A DNA stretch of 64,000 nt from Camelus ferus (GCF_009834535.1 NC_045696.1:84322001-84386000); one strand, 5' to 3'. Shown: positions 25,381-39,096, counted from the stretch's first letter. Notes: generated by a model not told the origin, from the sequence alone. Program-made: numbers and translations.

Positions 25381-25879
25381 GACAATACTGCCTTTCTACT
25401 TCTTTCAACTTTAGTGAACTTTTAAAAACTAGTTTATTATTGATTTACAGAATAGATCTGAACTTCAAGTGCTGGGATTGGATTTAAGGTTCTCTTAGTG
25501 AAATATCTGAATATAGCTTTCTTACATGTAAATCATAGTTTAATTCTTAAAAATGCATTTCCTTAAAATTTTTTTAAAAAACTCCTACAGTGCCTTGAAC
25601 TTAATAGATATTTGGTAAATCTTGGTTGAATAAAATATAAAAAGAAAAATTTAGATACGTGGTAATATTTATACTGAGCATTACGGCAGTCATTTTTCTT
25701 CCAAAGGTGTGCCACCTGGCTTTATCGGTGGAGAGGGGGTGACTCTTGGGGAGGTAAAGCTGGTGAGTGGCCTTTTTGTCCTTGGCTGTAGGCTGAGGTA
25801 GCACTGGATCCTCAGGGTTCCTCGTGAGCCTGCCCACAAGACAATTCTGGGAGGCTGCTCATTTAGGTCAATAGTCAGT

Positions 25880-26180
25880 ATTATCCATTTAGTAAACATT
25901 TTTGACAATCCATTTTGTACTAGGCCCTGAAGTAAGCTGTGGGGCATAAATGAATAAAATATGAATCTTGCCTCAAGGAATTTATGGTCTGATAGGGAGG
26001 ATAGATACATGAATAATGGCCCTAATGAAAATAGACTGACCTCACCTCTGTGAGATTTGCATTAAACGGCTTCACAATTGAAGTGATCTTCAATTTGGTC
26101 TTGAGAATGATTTAGATTTTGTCATCTCAACCAAGACAGTTGGGTGGAGATTGAAAAGCATTCTTGGCAAAAACTTATAT
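25880..26180 (-). mobile_element. L2 3' end fragment
   Basis: catttagtaaacattttt...tgtactaggccctg...ttgcctcaaggaatttatggtctgatagggag. Confidence 0.65.
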
Positions 26181-27669
26181 GACAGAAATAGCCCACCTAT
26201 AGAGCAACAGTTGACTTTTGGGGTTCCTCATTAATATGTTCATTTATTATCATTAGTTCAGTATTCAAGCAATTTACAGCTTGATGGAGATTCTGAATTT
26301 CCTCGTGCCAAAGTTATCTTAAGCTTTGACATCAGGGGTCAGAATATTCTTCTAAGCTCTAGGGAGCTGACATTCTGTCTTAAAGGGGCAGGAAGCAATG
26401 GAAACTGTTTTTCAAGTCATACATTAAGTAGTGATGACAGGATGGAGAAAAAGCAAAGGGGACTCCACTGACAACGTGGGGACAAGCTGAAGTCGGCCAT
26501 ACGTGTTAGGAGCCTGCCATCCAGCAGTTCTGCCATGCACTGGTTTGCCTCCTCGAATTTCTAGAAAAACAGCCATCACCAGGGAACTTGAGCAAAATGA
26601 GTGATAGGGTCGTGGGCTGTCTTCCTTTTTTTATTTTGTGGAGGATGGGAAACATCTGCACTCTTGGTTGAGATATTTATCTCCTGCAATGTCATATGCA
26701 GCTTAGATTCAGACGAAAATACTTTATGTCAATATGCTTCAAACTCTGCCCCATGGAGCACTGGTGGTTCCAGGAAGACCTCTCAGGGTGGGGGGCATCA
26801 GAGGGCAGGGCGCAGCCCAACCTAAGTTTTAGTCACAGACACTCTAATACTCTCTTCTCCTCATCATTCTTTGGTAAAAGATTTTTCTCCACCAAAGATG
26901 TCTCCTCTAAGGTACTTAAACAGCATTGTTCTGATTCTAAGTGCGCTGTAATGGGAAAGGAGCCCTTCTGATGACAGCTCTCCTCGTTGAGTGGAGCGGC
27001 ACTGTGCACACGCTTAGTGCGGCATCACACACACATCCGTAAGATGGGCTGACAGCAGTCTGTTTTGGCAAAGCTCAGCTTGCCTCAGAAGCTGAGTCAT
27101 TGTTCTGGTGATGCCATTTTATTTTATCAACTTAAGAAGCACTTTAGTCCTCCTGAAAGGAGTTTAAGCAATAGCCTCTTAATGTGTGAAGTGAATCTAC
27201 AACTTATTTCTACTCACTCATAGCTGTAAGAAGCTGAACAAATAAGAAAGATTTTTAAAGTTTTTTTCATTTAAGAGATACTCAATATCAGAGGATTTTT
27301 TTTTTTTCTACTTTTGCAGTGTTTGAAAATGTTTTTTGGGGGTGGATCTGAAGCATCTAGGACCTAGGCATAAGACAGATTCCCTTGGTGGCTCAGGCCC
27401 TGGGGCTCAGAGAAGGTGTAGTTATCCATCTATAGGCAAGGAGAGTGGTCCAGCCTTCCAGCAGACACGCTGGAAATAAAGGGGAGGAGCAATTAGCTAA
27501 GTCCTTGCTGCCCCACCTGGTATTCAGGACAGTAAATGGAGTAAGATCAAGGCAGAACCACAGCAAGAGATCAAGGGTGTTGAATAAATCCTCAAAACAG
27601 GGCTCTGGAACAACGGGATGCATGGAGGCTTGATCAGAGACCTAGGTTGAAGTTCATTTCTTAGCTTGA

Positions 27670-27820
27670 AGCCTCTGGAATATGGGGGGAAGGGGTCCCT
27701 GACGAAGCTTCAGGGAGTTTGTGAATCCTATGGAATTGTAAACTTACATGATTTTGTACTGCAGAAAGAGTCTATGGTTTTCTTCAGAGACTTCAAGGCG
27801 TCTACACATGAAAAAGTCTC
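27670..27820. mobile_element. hAT-Charlie MITE (MER103-like) fragment
   Basis: gcttcagggagtttgtgaatcc...gaattgta...agagtctatggttttcttcagagacttcaaggcgtc resembles a recalled Charlie-derived MITE consensus. Confidence 0.45.
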
Positions 27821-28159
27821 AGGAATTCTGAATGGGATGCAAGGGTAGGTTGGACTAAGTAAGGTCAAGGTGGACTTGATGTTGAGATATCTGAATAACA
27901 AAGTGCTTCCCAAGGAAAGACAGGAAGGGATCCACAATGTATGCAGGGGTCAGCCTACCAAAAGGGTTAGCTGGCCCTGCTTTGAGAGGAGGTAGAGGAA
28001 ATTAGGCAAAATTTAACTCTGTCTTTCCTGAAGCCTTCTCTCTCTAGCCAGAGTTAGGGAAATTAACAAAATGTGCCACTCCCAGCTCATCAGGGAAGAT
28101 CTGCATGCTTCCTTTCCAGTGAGCAGTGTCCACGGTAGCACAGGACCTAGATTCTCTCC

Positions 28160-29080
28160 TACATCCATTGAGTGCTTACTTAGCACCTACAATGTATTCG
28201 ACCTTGTGTAGGCAAACAGTGGGTTCTAGCTCTCATGAAACTTATGTTCTAGTAGGGTAGTCCAACTATGAAGACGATAACAAGTAATTATAGATTGTGG
28301 TTAGAGATATGAAAGACATAAGAAGCATTTTGAGATTGCATTAGTGAGGAGAGACGGAGTTATGCAGCAATAGCAAACATTCTCTTAAAATTAGTGGATT
28401 AATACAACTCATGTCATATACCCATTGCTGGTTCACTGAGGCATCACTGTTATCTGAAGAGTAGGCTGCAGAAATCTCTCCCATCTGGGTCATTATCAGT
28501 TACTATGGCTCAGGGAAAGAGAACGAAGCCTTTGAACACTCCCTCTTTAAACTTCTGACGTGTCACTTCCATTCATATTTCCTTGGTTAAAGAAAGATAG
28601 AGAATAATGGGTAAGGTGCACTTTAGATAAAGTAGTCAAGAAAGTCCTTTATGGAGAGCTGATGTCTGAAATCTGAAGGATAAGAAAAAGCTAGCTATGT
28701 GTATAAGAATGAAATGAAGAAGGCAAGAAAGTTCTAGTCAGAACAGCATACGTGGTCAAAGTGAACTCAGAGTTTTCTACAGATATATGGAAGATTGGTG
28801 TCACCAGAAAACAACAGAAAGTGGAAGAGAGTGGGTGAGAATGAGGCTGAAAATGTAGGCTGGTATTTGCCTTTCGTTTTAAGTGCAGTAGGAAACCATT
28901 GGAAGGTTTTAAGGAGTCAAGCAACATGATTGAATTTAGAGTTCAAAAAGCTCACTCTTGCTTCTCTGAGGGGAATTTATTATCATGGGGCAAGGCTGTA
29001 AGTGGAGAGGAGTGGCTTAGAGCCATATATCTAAATTAGTCCAGGAAAAAAGTGCTGGTGGGCTTTCCTGGATCTAGCCT
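28160..29080 (-). mobile_element. L2 fragment interrupted by a MaLR LTR piece (~28340-28590, MLT1J-like)
   Basis: L2 text: ctctcatgaaacttatgttctagtaggg; taagtgcagtaggaaaccattggaaggttttaagg; aaaagctcactcttgct. Internal MLT1-like text: gttatgcagcaatagcaaac...gtgtcacttccattcatatttccttgg. Confidence 0.7.
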
Positions 29081-29984
29081 AAAATATAGTTGAGTTACTT
29101 AATTTAAGACTTCATGGCTTTTGCTTAAATCCAAGACAGGTTCCAATCATTTCTCTAGGTAATCACTTCCAAACCCCTAGCTTGGATTCCCAGTTCTCAC
29201 ACACATCTACCTTTAATTCTACTTTTTAGGACATTGAGCAGCTTACAGAGGAGATCTACCTGGGATTAACTCATGATTTGCGAGTTAATTGCCAGTAAAT
29301 AAAAAGTACCAGGAGCGAGGGGGCTCTTTCCACGGACTCTGGGGCGGATGGACTAAGATAATCCCACAGCCTCTGTTCTTTCTTTTACTTTAAATGACAC
29401 CTCGGCCCTTATGATGGTCTATCATTCATTCAGTCATTTCTCTACTATGTTCTAAATGCCTAGGATATTTGAGGCATGATTTTGGACACATAGTCAAAGA
29501 AAATACTTTCCTTTCCTCAAGGAAAGAGAGAGAGAGAGAGACAAGGAAAGAGATAATGACAAATATTTCAAGATTAGATTTATTGTTCTCAATGGATTTT
29601 CTCATAATTTGGCAAGAGATTAGTTGGTAAATGCTGGCTCCTCCACATGGTCTTTACCAGTAAGTGGAACAGCAGGTCCCGCCTTCCGTGGGCACATGGG
29701 TCTCAGGAGATGAGCTTTCTCACAACACTACAAATCAGTTTCTTTTCGCTTCCTAATCATGAAGGCGGCATCATGCCTTTACTTGATAATACCCAGGAGT
29801 TCAGAAAGATGCTATAATGGCATTTTACTAACCCATAAGGAAAAAATAGCATTTACGTTGAGATTACAAAAGTCATATAATTGAATATATTAGTGATGTG
29901 TCCAGATTTGGGCCTGGTCATGTTGGTGTTGCAGGATGGCATTTCCACATTAAAAAATCAGGAAGTTTTTGAAAATCTAGCTCT

Positions 29985-30035
29985 TTCATCATTATCATCA
30001 TCATCATTATTGTTGTTGTTATTATTTATTGTTAT
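29985..30035. repeat. Compound (ATC)n/(GTT)n microsatellite
   Basis: tcatcattatcatcatcatcattattgttgttgttattatt. Confidence 0.8.
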
Positions 30036-32234
30036 CGAGCAAGGCTGAACCCTTCTAGTGGGTTTTTCACCACATTCCCTGGCAGGGTCCCTATGTGTGG
30101 TTGTGCAGTTTGCACCAGATCTAGGAGATAAGCATAGGTTAAACTCTGTTTGACAAGACCCATGATCTCATGAGAGATCTATAGTCATTTATATCTTTTT
30201 ATAACTGAAAGGTGTCCTGTGGGCATTTGAGACTCTGTTCATCTGAATTCAGATGACAAGCATGCCTAGTGTTAGCAATAAAGCACCAAAATCCCCAGTG
30301 TGTTTTCTGGCTCCTCAAATCCTCCGAAGAGGATCCTAGATGATAGGGGTACCACTGTTGCACAGAGCGTGACTACTCGAGTAGGTTTCAAGACTGAACA
30401 GAGTGCCTGATGCCTTGATGAAACTGGTTTTGACAGAGGCAATAGTTTGAGTAGGAAGATGAGTGGTGAAGAAAGATGAAAGAAATTCTGAGCCACCCTG
30501 GTAAGAGGCTCAGTCTTGGTGACCAGTGGGATGATTATGGTCCAAGCCAGATTAATCTCCCACTTACTCATCACACGGTGAAGACTTATTCTAAGTTTTT
30601 CAGCAGAAAGCCCATCAGGAAGGGGTTTCAGGCTCTGTATTAGAGCTGGAGGCAGGGAATATGTTGGATCTATCTTATTGCCTTTACCTTCTTTTATCCC
30701 ATATGTGATATAGGAGCAGTTATTCCTACCATTTGGAGGATGGTGAAAATAAGAGACACTGCTTGCATGGTGTTTTGCAATATGCAGCAAGCATTAAAAA
30801 AAAATTAAGAGATGGTAATAGCAATGCAGAGGGAAGGAAGCAGTAGTGACAGCTTCAGTAATCACATCATGGAACTCAGTTTTCAGCTGGGACCCTCTTT
30901 CCCTCTGCTCTCCAGTTAAACTTGGTTTAAATCTCAATCTTTCATCTTTAGGAGAACCTACACTTTCTCCAGTTTCTTGGATCCTGCTGCCTCATCCTTC
31001 TCTTTGTGTCTATTGCATTCCATTTCCACATATGTTTCAGTGCCGCTTGCTCAGTTGCAATTGCAGAAGAACCACATTGCTTTGCATAGAGTCCTTTTGC
31101 ATCCATACGTATCGGGAAGGCTGCCATTTTGCAGGAGATTTTGGGAGGCAGGAAGGGGGATGTAAGTTTTGTGGAGGATATTATAATTCTGGTGGTGGAG
31201 AGAAGGGAACGTTAGGCTAGGCTGGCAATAGCATGGATGTCATGGATAAGAGAAAGTAGTGGAAGGTGACTCTCAAGTTTTATGTCAAACTGGGAGGTGG
31301 CGCTGTAACATTTACAGGAATGTTATAACAAGCGACCAACTTGAAAAAGAGCATTTCATATAATTATATATTTAATCTATGCCATAATATTTCGCAAATA
31401 AATATTTTTTTCAGGGTTAAAAGTACCTACTCCCACATTTAATTATGACTTTTAACTTTTATTATTATAAGCTATGAAATTAGATTAATTTGAGGTCACA
31501 CTGTTTTCTTCTGTGGTTTGATATTCAGAAATGATGTCTATCATATCTGAGAACAATAAGACCTTTAGTATGCCAGTTTATCAAAAGTACATTGAATTAA
31601 ACAAATATAAATCAGTTTACTTATGAACAATCTGAAAATAATATAGTAAATGTCTTTAATTGATTTGCGTTGCAATGTGATGGCTGGTTAATTCAGAGGT
31701 TTATTGGGAAACCAGCCTAGCCCTGATGTGGAGATAATGGACTGATAATTGCCATGCATTTGAGCCCGTTAATATCTTGTTTCCCACCTGCTATGTTCCC
31801 TCCTGTTGGCATGTCTTCCAAGCAGATCAACCTGAGCGGCTGGATAAGGTTAAAGTGCTTAAAGCAGTAAAATCTCCAGCCATTTCACGCTCATCTACTG
31901 CTAAATTTTTTTTTTAGCACTTCAAAAAAGAAACATTGGAACAATTAGCTATCACAGAGAAATCATTCTCTTTTAATGCCACAAAGTTTATGTGGAGCCA
32001 TTAGTTATAAGGACGTACAAGTTGGATCATGGGGCTAGCTAAGAACACATTTATTAAGAGTCTAACAGAAGAATTCCCAAGGGCTATAAATATTTGAACT
32101 CGGACCAAGAAAAACCTAAAATAATGATTTAAAGGCAGACATTTTGCCTGAATGCTCAAGTTGACCAATGGGTTATAAGGGGTGTTTGTTCATTAATCAA
32201 ACTTCTGACAGAGGAGAAAGAGTGTTAATAGAAA

Positions 32235-32390
32235 GTTAAGAGCTAGAATTGAACTGAAAGATCAATTTAACCCAAACCAATGATTTTATAAGGGAAACTT
32301 GAAGACCAGAAAGGTTAAGTGACTTACCCAAAGTCATAGAGCTAGTTAGAACCAGAGCTAAAACTAAATTTCAGCTCAGGATTCTCATAT
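32235..32390 (-). mobile_element. MIR fragment
   Basis: gaccagaaaggttaagtgacttacccaaagtcatagagctagttagaaccagagct. Confidence 0.8.
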
Positions 32391-33149
32391 AAAATCTCTT
32401 CTGGAACGCATGGCTTACAATTTTCTAGCATTATCTCTCCCAGGAAAATTCCATTTGGCTTTTTAATGTCATTATTGAACACAACTTTTTATTAAGGACC
32501 TAGTGTGTTCCTAGCATTTTGCTGGGCATTTAGAATTAGGAACTAATAAGCACTTGGCTTCAGGAAGCTTACGTACAAGTGGGGGTGGGGGACAGTATAG
32601 AGTAGTGGTGAGCACAAGCAGAATGCCAGATAGGGGCGTGGAGTGAGGAGCCTGAGGGAAGGCCATGTTAAGGGTGCAGAGGGAGTCTAATGATGAGGAG
32701 ATGATTGTTGGGTCAAGAAGGAGAGGAAGCAAGACCTACTGCTGGACGACAAGCACTTTTGTGAAAGATTTCAAAAGGTGTCCCCCATGGGAAGCTGCAA
32801 CTCATGGGGCACATGGCTTGGATAATGAATGGAGGACTGAAATTCAGCCCCAATTACTCTCTGCCTAAATTCTTATGCCAGGCACCATCTCCACAACATA
32901 AGTAGAAGGATGTTCCAAGCTGAGGGACCATATGAGGAAAAACTCTCTGACCTTGCATCTGTGAGGTCAGAGATGTAATTATTTTAAGAGAGGTGGACCA
33001 ACTCCTGCACACTTCTCCCACTCTTTCCCTTCCTAACTCTAACTACCCAGTCTGTCTTGATGCCAGAGAGTGATACCTTATATTGCTTACAATACACTTC
33101 AATTTACATACATTTTTATTTTATTCTGGGCTATAATAGTGTGTTTATT

Positions 33150-33350
33150 ACAGGTTTTGAATCCTGGCTCCACCCATTACTTATTAGCTATGTGAACTAG
33201 GACAAGTTATTTCTCCTGTCCTGTAAGAGGCAGACAGAGTGTGTGGTAGGAACCTTGTGCCATTCTTGTGAGGGCTAAAAGACTAAAAACATCTAGAGTG
33301 CTCCTCAAAGTGCTTGGCATGTAGTAAGCTGTGTATAAATGTTAGCCACT
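33150..33350 (+). mobile_element. MIR SINE
   Basis: ggttttgaatcctggctccacc...tagctatgtgaactaggacaagttattt...gtgcttggcatgtagtaagc...ataaatgttagc. Confidence 0.8.
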
Positions 33351-34827
33351 ATCGTCACATTTGAATGATACAACAATTCTATAAAGTCAGCATGATTATC
33401 CCATTTAACATATGACCCACATACCACTTGTGATCGCAAAACCATTTAAGATCTTTATAAGACTGATCACAGGTTGTGGAAACCCAACACCATTCATAAA
33501 GTTTTTGACAGTCTTCATGGCTGGTATTCTCATGGTTGCCTTAGCTTCTTCACTCTACTCCTGAAAAGGACTTGCCCTTTTTCCGAGTCACCCCTTCTCC
33601 ATCCACATCCTGCACCATTTACCATCAACTATCAATATAGTGTAGCTTGACTACCCTTCAGTGTAATAGAACTTCTATTGAAATTTGGAGATTTTGATGA
33701 GGGATCAAATTGCACCCTACACAGCTGACAACTTAAAATTGTATATTAACTCTTTCTCCTGCTTCCTTACAGAAATTTCTAATGCTTGTGACATCTGGGG
33801 GGCGCACCCCCAGACTCTTGCCATCTTACTGTCCTGTCATCTCTCTTTTTCTCCTTCTATTTCCTCCCTGATTATTCTTTCTCTTCTCACTGTCCCTTCA
33901 ATAGTCAGAAGCAAATGTATCTCATTTTCTCATGCGAAGAAACAACCAAAGCTTCCTCTTTTTTTGGTGGGCATGGGGGTCTTGGTTCCTGTCTGCAGGA
34001 TCTTATCTTCCATCCCAAGTATTTTATCACAGACCTTTTCTAAACAAAGGCAATTCTCTCCCTGGACCTAGACCAGCTGTTAAGAAAATTGATCTTCCTT
34101 CTGCATCAGCAGTGCATCAGGAAACCACAGCAAAGAGAACTCATGTGGATTGATGAAAGTTACCCCTATGATATTCAGCAGAACAAGGACTTGAACTGAA
34201 CTGCTTTGACTCAAATCCAGTACATTTTCTGCTGTCTTCTCACTTAAGGAGTAATTATGAGATACTTGAGTGTCTTGTCTTTTGACATATTTATTGAGTA
34301 TGTGTTCAATTGAAGGCCCTATGCTGGGGATTAAAAGTTTCAAAAATGAGTAAGATTTGGTCTGTGCTCTCAAAGTACTTAAAAATGTACTGTGGGCAAC
34401 TGAGTTCTTTACAGGTTACAAAGAAAATGGCCTTGCATTAACTAGAGTAGTTTTGCTTTTTCCAATATTACATCTTGGGCTACTAAGACTTTTGCTGAAG
34501 AAATAGTTTATAGCTTAAAAAAAGGAAAGGAAATAAAAGAAAAAGAAAGGTAACATTGCTATAGATTCATTGTGTAGAAGTTCTTTGGTTCACCAGTATC
34601 TTCCTTAAGCAGATGCCCTGATATTTCATGACTAATAATTTTGATTCCTTTTTCTTTAGATGAACATGCATTGTTTTAAAATTTAGAAGATATAAGGATG
34701 AAAATAAAATTAACCTCATTTACCCTAGTCTTTTACTTCTTCTAACTTTTTGTCATATTACCTTTTCATTTTTTTCATAACATATATATACATATAGTCA
34801 GAGAAAAATCTGTCTGCATATAATTGG

Positions 34828-35211
34828 TGTTATGGATGAAATGATACCCCCTCAAAATTTATATGATAAAGTCCCAAACCTCAGTATCTCAGTATATGAC
34901 CTTATTTGGAGTTAAAGTCTTTCAAGAAGTGATTAAGTTAAAATGATGCTGTTAGGATGGGGTCCTAATTCAATGTGACTGGTGTCCTTATGAGCAGAGG
35001 AATAGATACCAGGAGCCAGCATGCATGGAAGAAAGGCCGTGTGAGGAGGTAGCCATCCGCAAGCCCAGGAGAGAGGCCCCAGGAGAAAGGAAACCTGTGG
35101 AAGTCTTGATCTTGGACTTCTAACCTCTAGAAGAGTGAGAAAATTAATTTCTGTTGTCTGAGCCACCCAGTCTTGGGGATTTTGTTATGGCAGCCCTCAC
35201 ACACTAATTCA
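34828..35211 (+). mobile_element. MLT1B-like MaLR solo LTR (TSD attgg/attag) inside an old L1ME remnant
   Basis: Starts tgttatggatgaa; gtgattaagttaaaatga; cttgatcttggacttc; ttctgttgtctgagccacccagtc; ends ctaattca. Flanking 5-mers 34823-34827 and 35212-35216 match at 4 of 5. Confidence 0.9.
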
Positions 35212-36044
35212 ATTAGTATCATGTTTTTTCACAATTAATATTAGATCATGAGCATTTTGCCATGTCAATAAAAATTCTTGATGAGATAATGTGCCACTAT
35301 AGGGAAACATCATAATTTAATTAACTATTCCCTATTGCTAGAGATTCAGCTTTTGTTCCTGTTTGCTAAAGAACTTTCAAAGTCCCGAATTAATGAAACC
35401 ATGAGTCCCTTAAGATGATCTGAATAGGAAGTTCCTGGGTTGATTTTCTGGGGTATAGTAACAATGACAGTTTATTTCAGCTCAGAATGATAAAATAGGC
35501 ATCACACTTCCCACCACAAACAATGCTGCTTGATTGTAGCAGCACCTGGTTATTACTAAAGCATTTAAAGACTTGTCACATGAACCTCTATTTTCGGAGT
35601 TTTAATGGCTATTAAGACTTGATTTGAAATGAAACTCTGCAGAATCAATTTTCAGATTTTCCTTTTCAAACCCTTCATTCTGAACTTTCACTGTGACTTG
35701 GTTTGAATTTCATTAAAACGATAAAAGGGATTACCAGCAGAAGCTTCCTAGTTTCAGATTTTATCTTTGAATTCTTTAATCAAACAGCTTTGCTTTAAAA
35801 TAGAATTTCATAGGCCATTACTTGATCATATTGATTAGTTCAGCTTACGAAGTCATTTCAAAACAAAACCACAGAGATATTTCATCCTAATAAAAGTTGC
35901 GTGTCTCCGATAGCTGCTTCTCAGCTATTTAACCCTCATCCCAATAATCCTGCTCACGAATCTGAGCCAGAGGGAATAATTGCCCATTCTCTGTCCAGTA
36001 CGTTATTTCATAAGAATCAACTTTTCCTGAAACAATTTGGAACG

Positions 36045-36290
36045 TCAGAGTGGGGCGGGAAGACCACTGGATCGCTAGTCAGTGTTGTGAGTCAGGTTCA
36101 AGTCCTGCTTCTTACACTTGAAGCTGTGTGACCTAGGTTGTCTCCAGGGACATTCTTAAGCCTCACACTGGTGCCTGTTTGGTAAAGGTACTAACAGTAG
36201 CCCCCGTCCCTCCCCACCCCCACAGTTGTTAGGGACCAACTGCAACAAAGTAAGCACAGGTGCTTCACAAACGGCAAATGTTGCTTATGG
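36045..36290 (+). mobile_element. MIR SINE
   Basis: caggttcaagtcctgcttct...gctgtgtgacctagg...taagcctca...gttgttagggaccaac...gtgcttcacaaac. Confidence 0.7.
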
Positions 36291-37329
36291 TTATGACCTG
36301 GTGCGCAGATGAGAACTACACCGACCTTTCAGAGAGACAATACCTGCTTGGTGCTTGGTGCTTAAAATGGGAGACCTTCCTAAAATAAAGAGAACAAGAA
36401 ATCTCCTAGTTAAAGACCTTGAGCATTTTCCATACTGTCAGGGAACAGCTCCCTAAAAGTTCACCTTCTTTTGTGTAGAATTGCATATTTTATTGTTTTG
36501 ATAAGCTTTACATTTTTTAAAACCTTATTTGAAATGCAGAGACACAACAAGAAACAGTCTGCATTTCCTGGAGTTTGACTCACACTGTTATTTTTAGTTA
36601 TTTAAACGGTTATTTTTAGATACTTTTTTTGGTGGTATGCATGAAAAATTAGCCATTTCCTTTATTTTAGTGCACTTTTTACCTCATATGCTCCTGACTC
36701 ATTTACATTAGTAAACTTAAAAAATAACCAATTAGTATAGTTTTGTTTATGTTTGGAGCTGAGAACATCCAGTCTTCCTTTTATGTTACTAACTGGAATC
36801 AGTAGTGGGGCACTTACAAATTAGTTTGATAATGGGAATTATTCTTTGACTTTTTAACTGTTTAATGAGGAACAAGTAACATTTTTACTCACGAGAAGAC
36901 TTTTTTAGTATTTGTGAAAGGGAGGAAAGAAGGGGCATGTATTAATGAAAAATCTTGGCTATAAAATTCTCAGACCACTGAGTAGATCTAAAAATAACTT
37001 GTGCTATGGAAATACAAAATAGTTTTGCTCGTTCAATCTACTTTTACCAAACCCAACCCTAGCCTACCACATTGACCTTGGAATTTTATGTGAAGATATA
37101 AACGTAGGTTGTGATTGAGCTATTGCACATTAGGGTCTATATTGACTGCAATTCCTAGGGAGCTTTTTTAAAAAATTGAACCATCCTGGACCTACTGAAT
37201 TAACATCCTTTGGGATGAACTACAGACAGATTACAGGAAATTCTGAAAGACGTTAAGTTTTAGGAATCAGTGAATTAGGTGACTCATCCTCACACAGGCT
37301 AATGATGCCTTCCTTGGGTCAAGTTGTTC

Positions 37330-37670
37330 TCTCCACCTAGAACACTCTCTCCCATTCCGTTTCACATTTCCTTCCTTTCCATCTTCTAAGGCCCAATGCC
37401 AAAGCTACCTTTCCGTGAAATCTGACTTGAACCTTCCAGGATGGTGGGTGGGGTAGCAATTAGTTCAAGTTCCTTCCACTTTGCTTATACTTCTTATACA
37501 TGCTCTGTCTCACAGCAGTTACGTAGGAGAGGTCTTTGTCATCTCCAGAACTAACTTGTAGGTTCTCTCGGGGCAGAGACCACGTCTCACTTCTCTTCCT
37601 CTGACTGAGTGCCCATACTCATTTTTTTGCATATATTCTTATATGTTGGGAATAACTCCATAAATATTTA
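37330..37670 (+). mobile_element. L2 3' fragment
   Basis: ttctctccacctagaacactct...catcttctaaggcccaa...gggcagagaccacgtctcac...taactccataaatattt. Confidence 0.65.
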
Positions 37671-37850
37671 TTAAGAGGAATACATCAAGACTTCAGACTT
37701 CAAGAGAAAATGGGGCAAAAGTAGAAGAAGGTTACTTACACAATTATTTAGATAAAGTGGGTTAAAATTCAAGCAAAACTGAGTCTTTTCAAAAGGTCTG
37801 TAGAAATGAGGCAATGCTGAAGAGACTGAACAGTCTTTAGGAGTAAAGGA

Positions 37851-38451
37851 GTAAGTTTTCCAGATAAAAATACAGAACATCCAATTAAATTTTAATTTTA
37901 AGTAAACAACTTTTAATGTAAGTATGCCCCCTGTAATATTTTGGGGGTAATATTCAGTGTTTATTTGAAATTCAAGTTTAACTGGGTATACTAGGTTGAC
38001 TTGTGTCTCCCCAAAACTCATGCCACCTGGAACTTGTGAATGTGATTTGGACGTAATCAAGTTAAGACGAGGTCACAATGGATGATGGTGGGCCTGAAAT
38101 CCAATCACTGGTGTCTCTATAAGGAGAAACACCAACACACAGACAAAAGAGGAAAAAGGCCATGTGAATAAGAAGGCAGAGATGAGAGTGACATGTCTAC
38201 AAGCTAAGAAACACCAAGGATTACAGGCAACCACTAGAAGCCAGAGGAATCAGGGAAGGATCCTTCCCTAGATCCTGCAGAGGGGACACAGCCCTGCTGA
38301 TACTGTGATTATAAACTTTTAGTCTCCTAACTGTGAGACGATAAACTTCTGTTGTTTGAAGCCACCCAGTTTGTGGCACTTTGTCATGGCAGCTGAGAAA
38401 ATGAATACACTGGGTGTCCCATATTTTTATTTGCCAAATCTGGCAACTCTG
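37851..38451. mobile_element. MER53 hAT MITE (split by MLT1C insertion)
   Basis: Left arm ccagataaaaatacagaacatccaattaaattt...gtttatttgaaattcaagtttaactggg; right arm ctgggtgtcccatatttttatttgccaaatctggcaactctg. Matches the recalled palindromic MER53 consensus. Confidence 0.8.
37987..38409 (+). mobile_element. MLT1C MaLR solo LTR with perfect 5-bp TSD CTGGG
   Basis: gtaatcaagttaagacgaggtca; aaggcagagatgagagtga; caaccactagaagccagagg; ttctgttgtttgaagccacccagtttgtggcactttg; ends aataca. CTGGG at 37982-37986 and 38410-38414. Confidence 0.92.
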
Positions 38452-38619
38452 TGAGGGATCTCTTCAGCCTCCTAAGAACATTCATATGGTCATATAACCA
38501 GGCAGCTCATGACAGCAGGGTGTGTTGTGATTAAAGCTATATATTCATAAAACAGGTTATTTAATAGACCATAGTTCATATGTTTCTACATGTGATTCCC
38601 AGGGTCAAAGGGCACAACA

Positions 38620-39096
38620 ATGAAATCAGTGCCCCAGTCTTATCCTCTGCCTACCTAGGAGGTCACCTGCACACAGTTCCCACTCAGCCTGATGAGCTCC
38701 TGAGTCTTTCTGCCAGAGAGTGTTCTCTGGATGCTGTAGCTCATCTACTTCGTGTCATAGGCAAGATGAACCAGGGAGTTCATGCCCTTGAAGTGACCTT
38801 CAATCAACAAAGGATGAAAATTGGTGAGTAAATCTGCCAACTTGATCAATTCTCAGTGGTGCAATCATGAGATGTGTTCCACAGTCTCTCAGATGGTTCC
38901 CAATCGGTTTGGGACCCATTTGCCCACAGAGGTAACCTGTTCATCAGCTCACCCTTCACTGGCTTCCCCTGCTTCCCTGTCAACTTCCCCACTCTCTTAC
39001 ATGCTTCCTGAAATCACATACCAAACAATTTGTGTCTAAAACTTTGTTTTGTTTTGTTTTTATTTCTCTGCTTTTAGAAAACCCCAAACAAAAACA
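38620..39096 (+). mobile_element. LTR16-family (ERVL) solo LTR
   Basis: gggagttcatgccc...ccttcaatcaacaaaggatg...ttgcccacagaggtaacctgttcat...ctggcttcccctgcttccctgtc...ctctgcttttagaaaaccccaaac. Confidence 0.78.
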
